From: Macrostomum hystrix
Lineage: Eukaryota; Animalia; Platyhelminthes
Direction: 5' to 3'
Length of the DNA: 64,000 nt
NCBI GenBank assembly: GCA_950097015.1
Contig: CATNEN010000029.1
Span: 7,254,001 to 7,318,000, forward strand
In this document: positions 37,923 to 50,953 of the stretch, one piece after another
Position numbering within the stretch: the first letter of the stretch is position 1
Layout of the letters: every line of letters begins with the position of its first letter
The notes under the pieces: model-generated
What the model was told of the DNA's origin: nothing
What the model saw: the letters and a program-made list of their open reading frames with translations, nothing else
The model's database searches: none
Made by a program: the position numbers and the translations under genes

Positions 37923-40900
37923 TTACGATTGTTTTCTGGCGCAGGGCGGTGGATTCATTCGGGCGAACACGTTAGTCTCGAATAGCACCGACACGGTGAT
38001 GAAGACAAAGTAGAGCAGCAAGCAGGCCAAGCCCAGCTTCTTGTCTAGCCGCATCCGGTTAGTGTACACGGCAATGAGCAGTAGCAGGACTGTGGACAGT
38101 AGCACAACTGATGAGTAGGTCAGGCCGGCCGAGTTGATGGCCACTGTACTGCCGGGGTCGCGCACCGCGGTGCCAATGAACCAAGGCAGACCAAGACCCA
38201 GCAGGATGTCGAACACATTGCTGCCGACACTGTTGGAGACTGCCATATCGCCGAAACCTGAGCAGCCGAGGGATGCTAGTGTTCAGTATTCAATCTCCAC
38301 TGTCTTCAGTATTCAGTCTCTAGTGTCTTCAGTATTCAGTCTATACTGTCTTCAGTATTCAGTCTATACTGTCTTCAGTATTCAGTCTCTAGTGTCTTCA
38401 GTATTCAGTATTTACTGTCTTCAGTATTCAGTCTCTACTGTATTCAGTATTCAGTCTCTAGTGTCTTCAGTATTCAGTATCTACTGTCTTCAGTATTCAG
38501 TCTCTACTGTCTTCAGTATTCAGTCTCTAGTGTCTTCAGTATTCAGTCTATACTGTCTTCAGTATTCAGTCTCTAGTGTCTTCAGTATTCAGTATCTACT
38601 GTCTTCAGTATTCAGTCTCTACTGTATTCAGTATTCAGTCTCTAGTGTCTTCAGTATTCAGTATCTACTGTCTTCAGTATTCAGTCTCTACTGTCTTCAG
38701 TATTCAGTCTCTACTGTCTTCAGTATTCAGTCTCTACTGTCTTCAGTATTCAGTCTCTACTGTATTCAGTATTCAGTCTCTAGTGTCTTCAGTATTCAGT
38801 ATCTACTGTCTTCAGTATTCAGTCTCTACTGTCTTCAGTATTCAGTCTCTACTGTCTTCAGTATTCAGTCTCTACTGTCTTCAGTATTCAGTCTCTAATG
38901 TCTTCCGCAGCCATGGCTGCACTAGGCCAAAATCCTGATTTACCATCCCTGACGACAAACACACTGGCCAATGCGTCGGGCACGGAGGTGCCAGCTGCAA
39001 GCAGTGTGAGGCCCATGACTGTGTCCGGAATTCCCAGCGTGTCGCCTGAAAAATAATTTGTTGTGATTCAAGTGGCGTGTGACAGGAAGGCTGTCAGCTG
39101 GACACTGCTGTGTCAGCAAGAGATTGCTGTGTCAGTAGGAGATTTCTGTGTCAGCAGGAGATTGCTGTGTCAGCAGGAGGTTGCTGTGTCAGTAGAAGAT
39201 TTGTGTGTCAGCAGGACATTGCTGTGTCAGCAGGAGATTGCTGTGTCAGCAGGACATTGCTGTGTCAGCAGGAGTTTGCTGTGTCAGCAGGACATTGCTG
39301 TGTCAGCAGGAGATTGCTGTGTCAGCAGGACATTGCTGTGTCAGCAGGAGTTTGCTGTGTCAGCAGGACATTGCTGTGCCAGCAGGAGTTTGCTGTGTCA
39401 GCAGGACATTGCTGTGTCAGCAGGAGTTTGCTGTGTCAGCAGGACATTGCTGTGTCAGCAGGAGATTGCTGTGTCAGCAGGACATTGCTGTGTCAGCAGG
39501 AGATTGCTGTGTCAGCAGGACATTGCTGTGTCAGCAGGAGTTTGCTGTGTCAGCAGGACATTGCTGTGCCAGTCAGAAGTGTCTCACCGATTGCGCAGAC
39601 CATCCACACAAGCAAGTAGCTCATTCCGGCAATCCAGAGGATGCTGTTCAGCAGCGTGAAAAAGAACGTCTTGCGCCAACGACCTGGCCTCCGACAGTCG
39701 GGTATCGAAACAAAGAAGGCCAGCGTCCATGGCAGGGTGACGCACCAGTAGGCCCGCTTGTGCCATCCCACTGGAAACAGCAGTGGTGATTCGTAGCCTG
39801 AAATGTTGGGTGGCGAGGGAGACAATGTTGGGTCTTTGAACGCAATGTCAGCAATATTTTGACATCTCCGATTTCACTCCTCAAAAATCTCTTGAAACTC
39901 AGCTCCTCAAGCAATTTTTGTCAATCCTGAGGCTCAAGTAGCTCGCTAAATCCCAATTACTCACCTGAAGACAGCTCGACAGACATTCCATCGCCCGATT
40001 GTTGCAGATCGACCTCGATCATCTGCACCGAAGCTGCTGCGTTTCCTAATAGCGGCTTTAGCTGCTCCGCTCCAACACCACCGACGCCGCCGCCATCGTC
40101 TGCCAGCTCTGAGTCTTCGGCATCATCGGGAAAAGATTCCTCGTCTGTGAAAAGGGGCAAATGTAGATTTCTATAATTTGGAATCTCAAGGTCACTCGAT
40201 GGGTATCTCAAGGTCATTCGATGGGTATCTCAAGGTCACTCGATGGGTATCTCAAGGTCACTCGATGGGTATCTCAAGGTCACTCGATGGGTATCTCAAG
40301 GTCACTCGATGGGTATCTCAAGGTCACTCGATGGGTATCTCAAGGTCACTCGATGGGTATCTCAAGGTCACTCGATGGTTATCTCAATGTCACTCGCGAA
40401 GAGTCTAGTCACTATTCACAAGGCTATGGATATCAACCTTGATTAGCCAACTTCGAGTAGGCCAAGAAAGAGCTCCTGGCGTCGGCTGAGGCGGTCCGGC
40501 TGCTAATGTCCTGCAGGCTGACCAGCCCGGGTCCCAGCGTGGTCCGGTGCGACGACCCGTTGCTGACCGCCGGGGCCGCAGCCGCCTTGACTGCGGATGC
40601 CGAGCCCGTGTCGTGCAGCCGCTGATTGCCGCCTGTTGCCAGGCGCGGCCATCGAGACGATAGCCACTGGTCGATATTCTCGTTGAAGTACATTATGGCA
40701 ATGTAGATAGCGTACAGTATTAGCAGGGCGGCCGATTCGTACCTTGATAAGTTGCGGATTTGGTACTGATTCGCCAAACTATAATATTATCTTAGCAGAA
40801 ATTCAATACTTAAAACTCTACTCACAGTACAATAAAAGACTATCCGCATGACACTACTATCAGTAGAATGAATGTAAATAAATAAACTCTACAAATCATG

Positions 40901-42980
40901 AGAAAGATTTGAAAAATAATAATACTTTTGGTAAGTATTATTAGCTGGCTGACAAAATGCACCTGCCTCGAGGCCGGAAGCAAGGCCAAAGTAGTTAAAT
41001 TTTCCTTGACTATGCGAACAGCATAGCATAGTTTTCACATGAAGAATATAGTTCTAAATTTTAGAGTTTTTTAATTTGTTAACTTCCTAATTCTTTTGGA
41101 TCTGAAATTTCGTGAGCAGTTGGGTGACTCACCAGTGCACTCTCTCGTTGTAGATGACAAGGATTAGGCTGACAACACTGAGGCTGTAGTAGCCGCAGTC
41201 TCGAAATATTGGCCACCAGGACAGGTAGATTGTCTGCCGATATGACAGAGGTTAGCACTTAAATATCAATGTCAATTTCGCTCTTGAAAGCTGTTTATCT
41301 TCGAAAGGGTTTTGTACAATAACTACTATTCGTGACAATTAACTACCTTGAAATTACCCTCAGTGACAATGAACTACCTTGAAATTACCCTCAGTGACAA
41401 TTAGCTACCATGGGTTTAACCAAAAGTTTTACTCTAAAAGAGAACAAAGGAAAAGAAATGAAAATAGATTTCGCACCTGAGCAGCGAGGAGGCCGCATAG
41501 GCTGACAATGAACAGCAGGTTGAATACTGCGCTGCCCACAATGGTACTGACGCCGACGTCGCTCCTGGTGAAGAAGACGCCGATGACAGAGGTGAACAGT
41601 TCCGGAGCCGAGCTGCCTGCCGCCATAAAGGTGGCGCCCGCAACGTCTGGCTTCAGGTGCAGCACTGCATGACGGTCACGGGTGAGCTGATGAATTTGTG
41701 TGGGTCTGCCTAGGTCTGGATGGGTCTAGATTGGTCTAGATGAGTCTAGAATTGGTGTAGATGGGTCTAGAATTGGTGTAGATGGGTGTAGATGGGTCTA
41801 GATGAGTCTAGAATTGGTGTAGATGGGTCTAGATGAGTCTAGAATTGGTGTAGATGGGCCTAGATTGGTCTAGATGGGCCTAGATTGGTCTAGATGGGTC
41901 TAGATTGGTCTAGATGGGTCTAGATTGGTCTAGATGGGTCTAGATTGGTGTAGATGGGTGTAGATGGGTCTAGAATTGGTGTAGATGGGTGTAGATGGGT
42001 CTAGAATTGGTGTAGATGGGTGTAGATGGGTCTAGAATTGGTGTAGATGGGTGTAGATGGGTCTAGAATTGGTGTAGATGGGTGTAGATGGGTCTAGAAT
42101 TGGTGTAGATGGGTGTAGATGGGTCTAGAATTGGTGTAGATGGGTCTAGATGAGTCTAGATGAGTCTAGATGGGTCTAGATGAGTCTAGATGGGTCAAGA
42201 TGAGTCAAGATGAGTCTAGATGGGTCTAAAGTTTGGTCAGGGTGGAGTCTCAGCCGTTGGGGGGCATACCATCGCACAGGACTTCAAGCGAAGCCACAAA
42301 ATAGTCGTCGCACACAATGGCCAGGCCAGCGAACAGCCAGAGCGCCGCCAGGATGTGCAGCGCCACCGCGCCTCGGCGCTTCTCAGCCAGGCTGAACAGA
42401 TCCGGCGGGAAGGTCTCGATGGAGCGGGGCGTGCACGCGTTGCCAGGCGGAAGCTGCGGCAGTGCGAGGAGCCGGCGACTCGCGCTGGAGACTGCGGCCT
42501 GCGGCTGCCATTGGCTGGCGCTATCTGCGGTACGGATGGCGACAGCCTGTACATGCTGGGCTGCAGGTTTAGTGCTTTTACTTTGTGATTTATCTGAGAA
42601 ATCGATTGTCTGATCCTGGGATATTCAGAAATCTAAATTTATTCATTCAATAATTTAGGCATTTTTCTATTTGGTTGATATTTTTACGAGACAATTAGGA
42701 TTATTTTTAAAAGAATAATCTGTCTCTAAGCTGTCACAAGTGTTTCACCAATTCAAATATCCACTGCCAATCACGATAGCTCCCGAATTGAATGACCGAT
42801 TTTCGTGAATGTCGTGAAATTCAAGCGAAGCTCAAACGCCAGCAAAATAAAATGAGTTTTGTAGAAATCTTCTCAAGCGGTTGCTATTCAACAGCTGTAC
42901 TTGTCTAGTGCAGCTAGACCCGCGGTCTAGACCTGCCATGAAACATTTTTTTATCATGGGACCAAGAGAGAGAGAGAGTG

Positions 42981-43014
<34 letters not shown>

Positions 43015-44143
43015 CTTGTAGATAGACGCAAAGTCGAAGTCAAAGACCGACTTTTTTACCAATCGATTCTTTCAGAGGGCGGGTTGAAAGCTTCCTTCCG
43101 TGGTTTTATAGAGATCCCTTCTGACTAGACACTGACGACAATGCCAATACTGGCTGAATTCTGACAGTGACTACATTGGGGATGCACTTTTGTTGTTGCA
43201 CAAGCCTTTCCATATACCAAATATATTCTAGATATTTCAATATCAGACACTTGGTGTAAAGCCATGTGCCGTTGCAGGACAATGAAAAAATGACAATCCC
43301 TTTTCACAAATGGGAAATGCAACTTCCATATAACTATATACAAGTGTATTTGACATCTAAACTGCTTATCTCTTAGCTGCCTTAGAAAAATAAGATTTGA
43401 TCACTAGCTCAACACCCTAGACAATCAGTAGCTATCAGATTACCACCCTAGACAGTCACTAGCTTATCAGCTTACCACCCTAGACAGTCACTAGCTTATC
43501 ATCTCACCACCATAGACAGTCACTAGCTTATCAGCTCACACACCCTAGACAGTCACTATCTTATCATCTCACACACCCTAGACAGTCACTAGCTTATCAG
43601 CTAACCACCCTAGACAGTCACTAGCTTATCAGCTTACCACCCTAGACACTCACTAGCTTATCATCTCACCACCCTAGACAGTCACTAGCTTATCATCTCA
43701 CACACCCTAGACACTCACTAGCTTATCATCTCACACACCCTAGACAGTCACTAGCTTATCATCTCACACACCCTAGACAGTCACTAGCTTATCATCTCAC
43801 CACCCTAGACAGTCACTAGCTTATCATCTCACCCTAGAGTCTAGACAGTCACTAGCTTATCAGCTTACCACCCTAGACAGTCACTAGCTTATCATCTCAC
43901 CACCCTAGACAGTCACTAGCTTATCATCTCACCACCCTAGACAGTTACTAGCTTATCATCTCACCACCCTAGACAGTCGCTATAGTTCTTTAGCTTTCCC
44001 GACTCACCTGATTCTGGAGCGACGCCAACCAAGCAGTCCCAGGCCAGGCAGATTGTCAGCCAGCCAGCGACAACAACGGTGGCCACCGCAGCCACCCCAG
44101 TAGCCGCCGGAGCTCTTCGATGTCGGCGAGGTTTAGTTTCCAT
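37923..44143 (-). CDS. SLC24A: K+-dependent Na+/Ca2+ exchanger (NCKX), 615 aa, 9 exons: complement 44008..44143, 42270..42560, 41477..41664, 41133..41233, 40438..40742, 39965..40144, 39588..39797, 38944..39045, 37923..38257
   Basis: All introns are GT-AG with consistent phases, and the exons sum to 1848 nt. Motifs: [17 protein letters not shown], alpha-1 [15 protein letters not shown], alpha-2 AAGTSVPD, and GSNVFD carrying the Asp linked to K+ dependence. Confidence 0.93.
38275..38900. repeat. 23-bp minisatellite filling NCKX intron 8 (TCTTCAGTATTCAGTCTCTACTG)
   Basis: Tandem repetition. Confidence 0.95.
39100..39570. repeat. 19-bp minisatellite filling NCKX intron 7 (TGCTGTGTCAGCAGGACAT)
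   Basis: Tandem repetition. Confidence 0.95.
40180..40395. repeat. 22-bp minisatellite in NCKX intron 5 (CTCGATGGGTATCTCAAGGTCA)
   Basis: Tandem repetition. Confidence 0.95.
41710..42230. repeat. 10-bp-based minisatellite (GATGGGTCTA) with a 31-bp superunit, NCKX intron 2
   Basis: Tandem repetition. Confidence 0.9.
43420..43978. repeat. ~32-bp minisatellite in NCKX intron 1 (CCCTAGACAGTCACTAGCTTATCATCTCACCA)
   Basis: Tandem repetition. Confidence 0.93.
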
Positions 44144-44829
44144 GGTCTCAGAGCTGATATTGTTCGGCCAAGTACTATATTTAAAGCAATTTTTTTTACA
44201 AAATAATTATCTGCAGTTGACGAATTCTGCTGAACTGAGTTTTTAGAAACAGCTACATTTTTAGCAAATATAAAGCATATATATATATATATTCTGACCC
44301 ATGCAATGATCTGAATTGTTGCCCCACCGATTAACCCACCCAGCTATTCGCTCTTTTCTAAGCTTTAGCCTGTCCCAGAGTTATTGGTTGATTTTATTCG
44401 GCTCCGCTGCAGCTTAGGGGGGAATAGAAAATGGGGATCGGGGAAGGCATTGAACAGCTGCAATAATCCCCAGTTAGGAGTCGGGCCAGAGAGTTTCACC
44501 TCCCTGTCATTTTCTCTCAATTCCCGACACTCCGTGCGCTTTAGTGAGCAAATTATTTGTTGAACTAACACTGAAATCCAGATAATAAGCGAGCTGTTCT
44601 ATTCGAACTGCATGTTGTCATTTTTTAGATTTTTATGATAGAAAAATTAGAAAAGCACAAAGGAACAAAATGATGGAGACCTGGATAAATGAACTAGATA
44701 GTTATACATCAGCATTTTCCTCGCCTTGTACACGCACATATGGACTTAAAGATTACGGGTACGGCCAAACAGAAGGTCTAAAATGATGGGCCACATTGAC
44801 TGAGATGAGACAGAGTAAAAGTTAGACTA

Positions 44830-46880
44830 TGGAGAGATGAGACAGGGGAGAGATGAGGCAGGGGAGAGATGAGGCAGGGGAGAGATGAGGCAGGGGAGAG
44901 ATGAGGCAGGGGAGAGATGAGGCAGGGGAGAGATGAGGCAGGGGAGAGATGAGGCAGGGGAGAGATGAGGCAGGGGAGAGATGAGGCAGGGGAGAGATGA
45001 GGCAGGGGAGAGATGAGACAGGGGAGAGATGAGACAGGTGAGAGATGAGACAGCAGAGAGATGAGACAGCAGAGAGATGAGACAGCAAAGAGATGAGACG
45101 GCAGAGAGATAAGAGTGCAGAGAGATGATACAGGTGAGAGATGAGACAGCAGAGAGATGAGACAGCACAGAGATGAGACGGCAGAGAGATGAGAGTGCAG
45201 AGAGATGATACAGGTGAGAGATGAGACAGGGGAGAGGAGACAGGTGAGAGATGAGACAGGGGAGAGGAGACAAGGGAGAGGAGACAGGGGAGAGGAGACA
45301 GGGGAGAGGAGACAGGGGAGAGATGATACAGCACAGAGATAAGACAGCAGAGAGATGAGACAGCAGAGAGATGAGACAGCAGAGAGATTAGACAGCAGAG
45401 AGATGAGACAGCAGAGAGATGAGACAGCAGAGAGATGAGACAGCATAGAGATGAGACAGCAGAGAGATGAGACAGCAGAGAGATGAGACAGCAGAGAGAT
45501 GAGACAGCAGTGAGATGAGACAGCAGAGAGATGAGACAGCAAAGAGATGAGACTGCAGAGAGATAAGAGTGCAGAGAGATGATACAGGTGAGAGATGAGA
45601 CAGTAGAGAGATGAGACAGCAGAGAGCGATGAGACAGGGGAGAGATGAGACAGGTGAGAGATGAGACAGAAGAGATATGAGACAGCGGAGAGCGATGAGA
45701 CAGGGGAGAGATGAGACAGGTGAGAGATGAGACAGAAGAGATATGAGACAGCAGAGAAATGAGACAGTAGAGAGATGAGACAGTAGAGAGATGAGACAGC
45801 AGAGAAATGAGACAGCAGAGAAATGAGACAGCAGAGAGATGAGACAGCAGAGAGATGAGACAGCAGAGAGATGAGACAGCAGTGAGATGAGACAGCAGAG
45901 AGATGAGACAGCAAAGAGATGAGACTGCAGAGAGATAAGAGTGCAGAGAGATGATACAGGTAAGAGATGAGACAGTAGAGAGATGAGACAGCAGAGAGCG
46001 ATGAGACAGGGGAGAGATGAGACAGGTGAGAGATGAGACAGAAGAGATATGAGACAGCGGAGAGCGATGAGACAGGGGAGAGATGAGACAGGTGAGAGAT
46101 GAGACAGAAGAGATATGAGACAGCAGAGAAATGAGACAGTAGAGAGATGAGACAGTAGAGAGATGAGACAGCAGAGAAATGAGACAGCAGAGAAATGAGA
46201 CAGCAGAGAGATGAGACAGCAGAGAGATGAGACAGCAGAGAAATGAGACAGCAGAGAAATGAGACAGCAGAGAAATGAGACAGCAGAGAGATGAGACAGC
46301 AGAGAGATGAGACAGCAGAGAGATGAGACAGCAGAGAGATGAGACAGCAGAGAGATGAGACAGCAAAGAGATGAGACGGCAGAGAGATGATACAGGTGAG
46401 AGATGAGACAGCAGAGAGATGATACAGGTGAGAGATGAGACAGCAGAGAGATGATACAGCACAGAGATAAGAGTGCAGAGAGATGATACAGGTGAGAGAT
46501 GAGACAGTAGAGAGATGAGACAGCAGAGAGCGATGAGACAGGGGAGAGATGAGACAGGTGAGAGATGAGACAGAAGAGATATGAGACAGCAGAGAGCGAT
46601 GAGACAGGGGAGAGATGAGACAGGTGAGAGATGAGACAGAAGAGATATGAGACAGCAGAGAAATGAGACAGTAGAGAGATGAGACAGTAGAGAGATGAGA
46701 CAGCAGAGAAATGAGACAGGGGAGAAATGAGACAGCAGAGAAATGAGACTGCAGAGAGATGAGACAGTAGAGATATGAGACAGCAGAGAAATGAGACAGC
46801 AGAGAAATGAGACAGCAGAGAAATGAGACAGCAGAGAAATGAGACAGCAGAGAAATGAGACTGCAGAGAGATGAGAAATG
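44830..46880. repeat. 16-17-bp minisatellite (GAGAGATGAGACAGCA and variants)
   Basis: Tandem repetition; accounts for the 701/726-aa S/L/C/H-rich spurious ORFs. Confidence 0.95.
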
Positions 46881-47877
46881 CATAGAGTAGGTCTTGGAAG
46901 TCGCCAGGAGCCGAATGTGTGCCGCATATGCTCTGTGAGCCAGGATTTCTAGAGTCATGCCCTACCTTACTGAAGTTATTTGTTGTTTATTCTGTATTCG
47001 AGTGCTTAAATCGATCTGCTTCTACGTTTCTCTACATGTTCGAGCGTAGCATAAAAAATTCCTACTCACATATCTTACGAGCGCAGTGTAGTGCTTTATT
47101 TCGGTTGTTTTGAATCCTAAAATTTCACGCATACTCTCATTCTGTCGCATGTTGAGTAGTCAAAAAGCTTACCTGAGCCTCCTATAGCTGCTTGTGATAG
47201 TTCGCTAGCAGTGCAGACATACTCGCAGTAAGTTGGAGTGCGAATTAGAACTGGGTCTTTGGGTGGCCGCTAGGAGAACAATTTCTCTGGCACTTTTTGC
47301 CCAAATGTTTCACAATAGGCGCTTCTTTTCAAGTCGCGATACTCACTCAATGAGCACATTTCTTTCGTTAATTCTTTCATCTCTCCGTCTCTCTGAGCCA
47401 ATGGAATTTTACAAGTATATAGAATAAGAATAGTGACGACAAAAAAACGGGTTAGAACCAGTTTATATTGAGGCTCTCGATTAGGGTAACCATTAGGAGT
47501 GCCTGCACCGACTGAACCATACAATATAACTAACTATACTATACTATATAGTAGCAGTACTAGGGCTACATTTCAGTGGATGCTACCAGCAAAGTACAAG
47601 ATAATGCACCGACTATAAATAAATGTACGAGCTATGTGTTTCATGCAATTAGGCTTGTGCTGCACTTAAAAAGCTTCATTTTAAGACTCATTGAGAGACA
47701 AAATTACATAAGCGTCTGTTTCTTTTGTACTTTAATTGGGGCAGAATTTTTTGATACAGACTAAGGCACAGATTCTATATTACCACAGATAATATAGAAT
47801 CTGTGGACTAAGGCACCATCGATCTTATTGTCTATGGAAAATGTTCCCTCTGGCTTTTGAGATAAGGCAGAAATCGA

Positions 47878-48741
47878 GTGGGATTCAAACCACCCTTTTA
47901 TCCAGTATGTAGAAAAGTGAAGCTACCAAGCGCACTGTCTTTTGGTCTTTGTGGAAGCAGCAGAAGAAGCAGGCTGATATTTACCGCGAGCTGCTGCAAA
48001 TCTTTAGCGAGGATGCACCTTCGAAAAAAACTGTGTCAAACTAAACTGCTGACTCCTGTCCAACTGCAAGAGAGGGTCCAGATGTGCCGCCACCTACTCA
48101 ACGCCTATCAAAACGAGCCCGACTTTCTTGGCCGCCTGGTGACTGGTGATGAAACGTGGTTTCACTTCTACGAACCAGAAACGAAACGGCAGAGCAGCGT
48201 CTGGAAGGCTACTCACGAACCCCCTCCGGCCAAGGCCAAGGCGGTGCAGTCAGCAGGTAAGCGCATGGCCACCGTGTTCTGGGACAGAGAAGGCATATTG
48301 CTGATCGAGTGGCTACCTGAAGGCAGAACCATCAATGCCCAGTACTACTGTGAAATATTGGAACGGCTGCGTGAGAAGATCAAGAGTGAGCGCCGGCGAA
48401 GGATCACCAGGGGCATTGTGCTGCAGCAGGACAACGCCAGGCCGCATACCTGCAATGCAACTATGGCTGTCATCAGGAGACTAGGCTTCGAGTTGCTGCC
48501 TCACCCTGCCTATTCTCCTGACCTGGCCCCCAGTGACTACTGATTGTTCCCTAAAATGAAAGAGCCTCTTCGTGGCCATCGCTATGGAAGCCTTTCTGCA
48601 CTCAGCTCGGCCATCAGCCAGTGGGTACGAGGGACCCCCACCGAATTCTTCGCCCAGGGCATCAGCAAGCTGCCAGAGAGATGGCACAAATGTGTGCAGC
48701 TTGGGGGTGACTATGTTGAGAAGTGCAATGTTCACAATTAG
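47878..48741 (+). pseudogene. Inactive mariner (DD34D) transposase
   Basis: Motifs VTGDETW, LQQDNARPH and YSPDLAPSDY, with 34 residues between the last two Asp. A nonsense TGA at 48541 precedes LFPKMKEPLRG. An N-terminal HTH remnant (KQADIYRELLQIFSEDAPSKKTV) lies in another frame, followed by an internal deletion. No intact TIR pair was seen. Confidence 0.92.
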
Positions 48742-49024
48742 CTGTTCTTTGTTTTGTTTCTTTGATATCTGCTGCTGAAAAGCAGTGAAATAACGGCATT
48801 TGTATGTAAACTTTTTCTTGTATAAGGCTACAACAATGCTACTTAAAATCAGTAGATGGCTTAAGTGCGATGGGACAGAAACAACAGGAAAAAAGAAAGT
48901 TGTTTAAATGAGACAGCTGGTTGACGTACAGCTAGTTGATGTACAGGGTGTACAGTTGACAATACAATAGTACAATAGCTAGTTGATGTACAGGGGTGTA
49001 CAGATGACACATGGACATGGACAT

Positions 49025-49772
49025 GGCGATGAACTCTCGCCGTCAGGGTCCTGCAGGGCGGAGAACTCTCGCCGTCAGAGACCTGCAGGGCGGAGAACTC
49101 TCGCCGTCAGAGACCTGCAGGGTGGAAAACTCTCGCCGTCAGAGACCTGCAGGGTGGAGAACTCTCGCCGTCAGAGACCTGCAGGGTGGAGAACTCTCGC
49201 CGTCAGAGACCTGCAGGGTGGAGAACTCTCGCCGTCAGGGACCCAGGGTGAACTCTCGCCGTCAGAGACCTGCAAGGTGGAGAACTCTCGCCGTCAGAGA
49301 CCTGCAGGGTGGAGAACTCTCGCCGTCAGAGACCTGCAAGGTGGAGAACTCTCGCCGTCAGAGACCTGCAGGGTGGAGAACTCTCGCCGTCAGAGACCTG
49401 CAGGGTGGAGAACTCTCGCCGTCAGGGACCTGCAGGGCGGAGAACTCTCGCCGTCAGAGACCTGCAGGGTGGAGAACTCTCGCCGTCAGGGACCCAGGGT
49501 GAACTCTCGCCGTCAGAGACCTGCAAGGTGGTGAACTCTCGCCGTCAGAGACCTGCAAGGTGGAGAACTCTCGCCGTCAGAGACCTGCAAGGTGGAGAAC
49601 TCTCGCCGTCAGGGACCCAGGGTGAACTCTCGCCGTCAGAGACCTGCAGGGTGGAGAACTCTCGCCGTCAGAGACCTGCAGGGTGGAGAACTCTCGCCGT
49701 CAGAGACCTGCAGGGTGGAGAACTCTCGCCGTCAGAGACCTGCAGGGTGGAGAACTCTCGCCGTCAGGGACC
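49025..49772. repeat. 32-bp minisatellite (GAGAACTCTCGCCGTCAGAGACCTGCAGGGTG)
   Basis: Tandem repetition. Confidence 0.95.
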
Positions 49773-50953
49773 AAAGACGATGAATTTTCTCCGTGCGATT
49801 CTGAATTTAGCTTTTGTGTTCGACAAAAAGATCTACTGCTCAAATAAAATATAAAATCTGTATTTTGAACTGCTGTTAAAAAATTGTCGTTAATATGCTT
49901 AGCAGCATACGCAATGAGTCCTTGAGAACTACTGTAGTAGAAAGTTATATTTGGGATCAGCATCAATAGAATATGATAAATGATCTGCTGTTATTCAAAT
50001 GTGATTGAGTTTTGTACAAGGAATTCAGAAATTGTTTATATTGTTGCGCAACATATGGTAGTTGAGAAACAATTTAGGCACTGGAATAACTGGAATCAGT
50101 TAGTAGTTGAAGGCACAGATTTGTTAAAATTTGAGCCATTCGCTAACCAAAGCCTTTATGGGACACTTGCGGCTAGGCTGCAATGTTTACCGTGCAAACG
50201 CTCTTAAAAGTAAATAATAAAATGAATATATTGAGCTCATTAGAGTCCTGGCGAGTTAGAATGTAAAGCAATGCGACTGCATAAATATCAGAGAAGAGAA
50301 CCAATGACAAAAGGCGCTTCGAAACTCTGTTAACAAAAGTAGTGATTTTGTTAAAATACCGAATACTAGTAATCACATATTAACACATGTGCTGTGCATA
50401 GATTTGTCACAAACGAAAGTCGTGGAATTTAATAATAACACATTAGATATGTACATTTTTTAACGCGAAGTTAATAGTATAAGTTTAATGTTAAAAGTGA
50501 AAGTGAAGTAAAAAACAATTGGAAGTTTTATTATTCTTAACAAAAAAGTTATTTTAGTTTTACAGGCGTTTGAAAAAATAACATTAATCAATAATGTTTT
50601 ATAAAGCTTATTAGATAACAAAAACTACAAAGCATTTGTAACACAAAACTTATTTTATTAGAAATTATTGCGATTATATTTTTCGATTAGCTTTTTATCT
50701 TTTCCGTCTGTTTAGGCAGCCTATAAATTTTTGTCCCTATTAAGTGTGACAATATTCTACTTAATAACCTTGTGATGTGAGCAGCGTTTGCATAAGTGAT
50801 ACTTTGCAACAAATGTTATACTCTACTTTAATTTCATGATTTGTCTAAATGAAATAAATTTATTAAGAAAACTGGCAATACGAACTCTTGATGTCTTAGA
50901 AAACTCTGCAAGTTCTTTCGGAAAAAAAACAATGAAGCTCTCTTACTCGTAGT

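Noticed and set aside
44778-46958. 701- and 726-aa ORFs (also ORFs at 8091-9088, 10972-11410, 38134-38938, 39063-39789, 48983-49854, 55581-56313, 63307-63840)
   Set aside because: These are translations of minisatellites, open in several frames, and several lie inside introns of supported genes.
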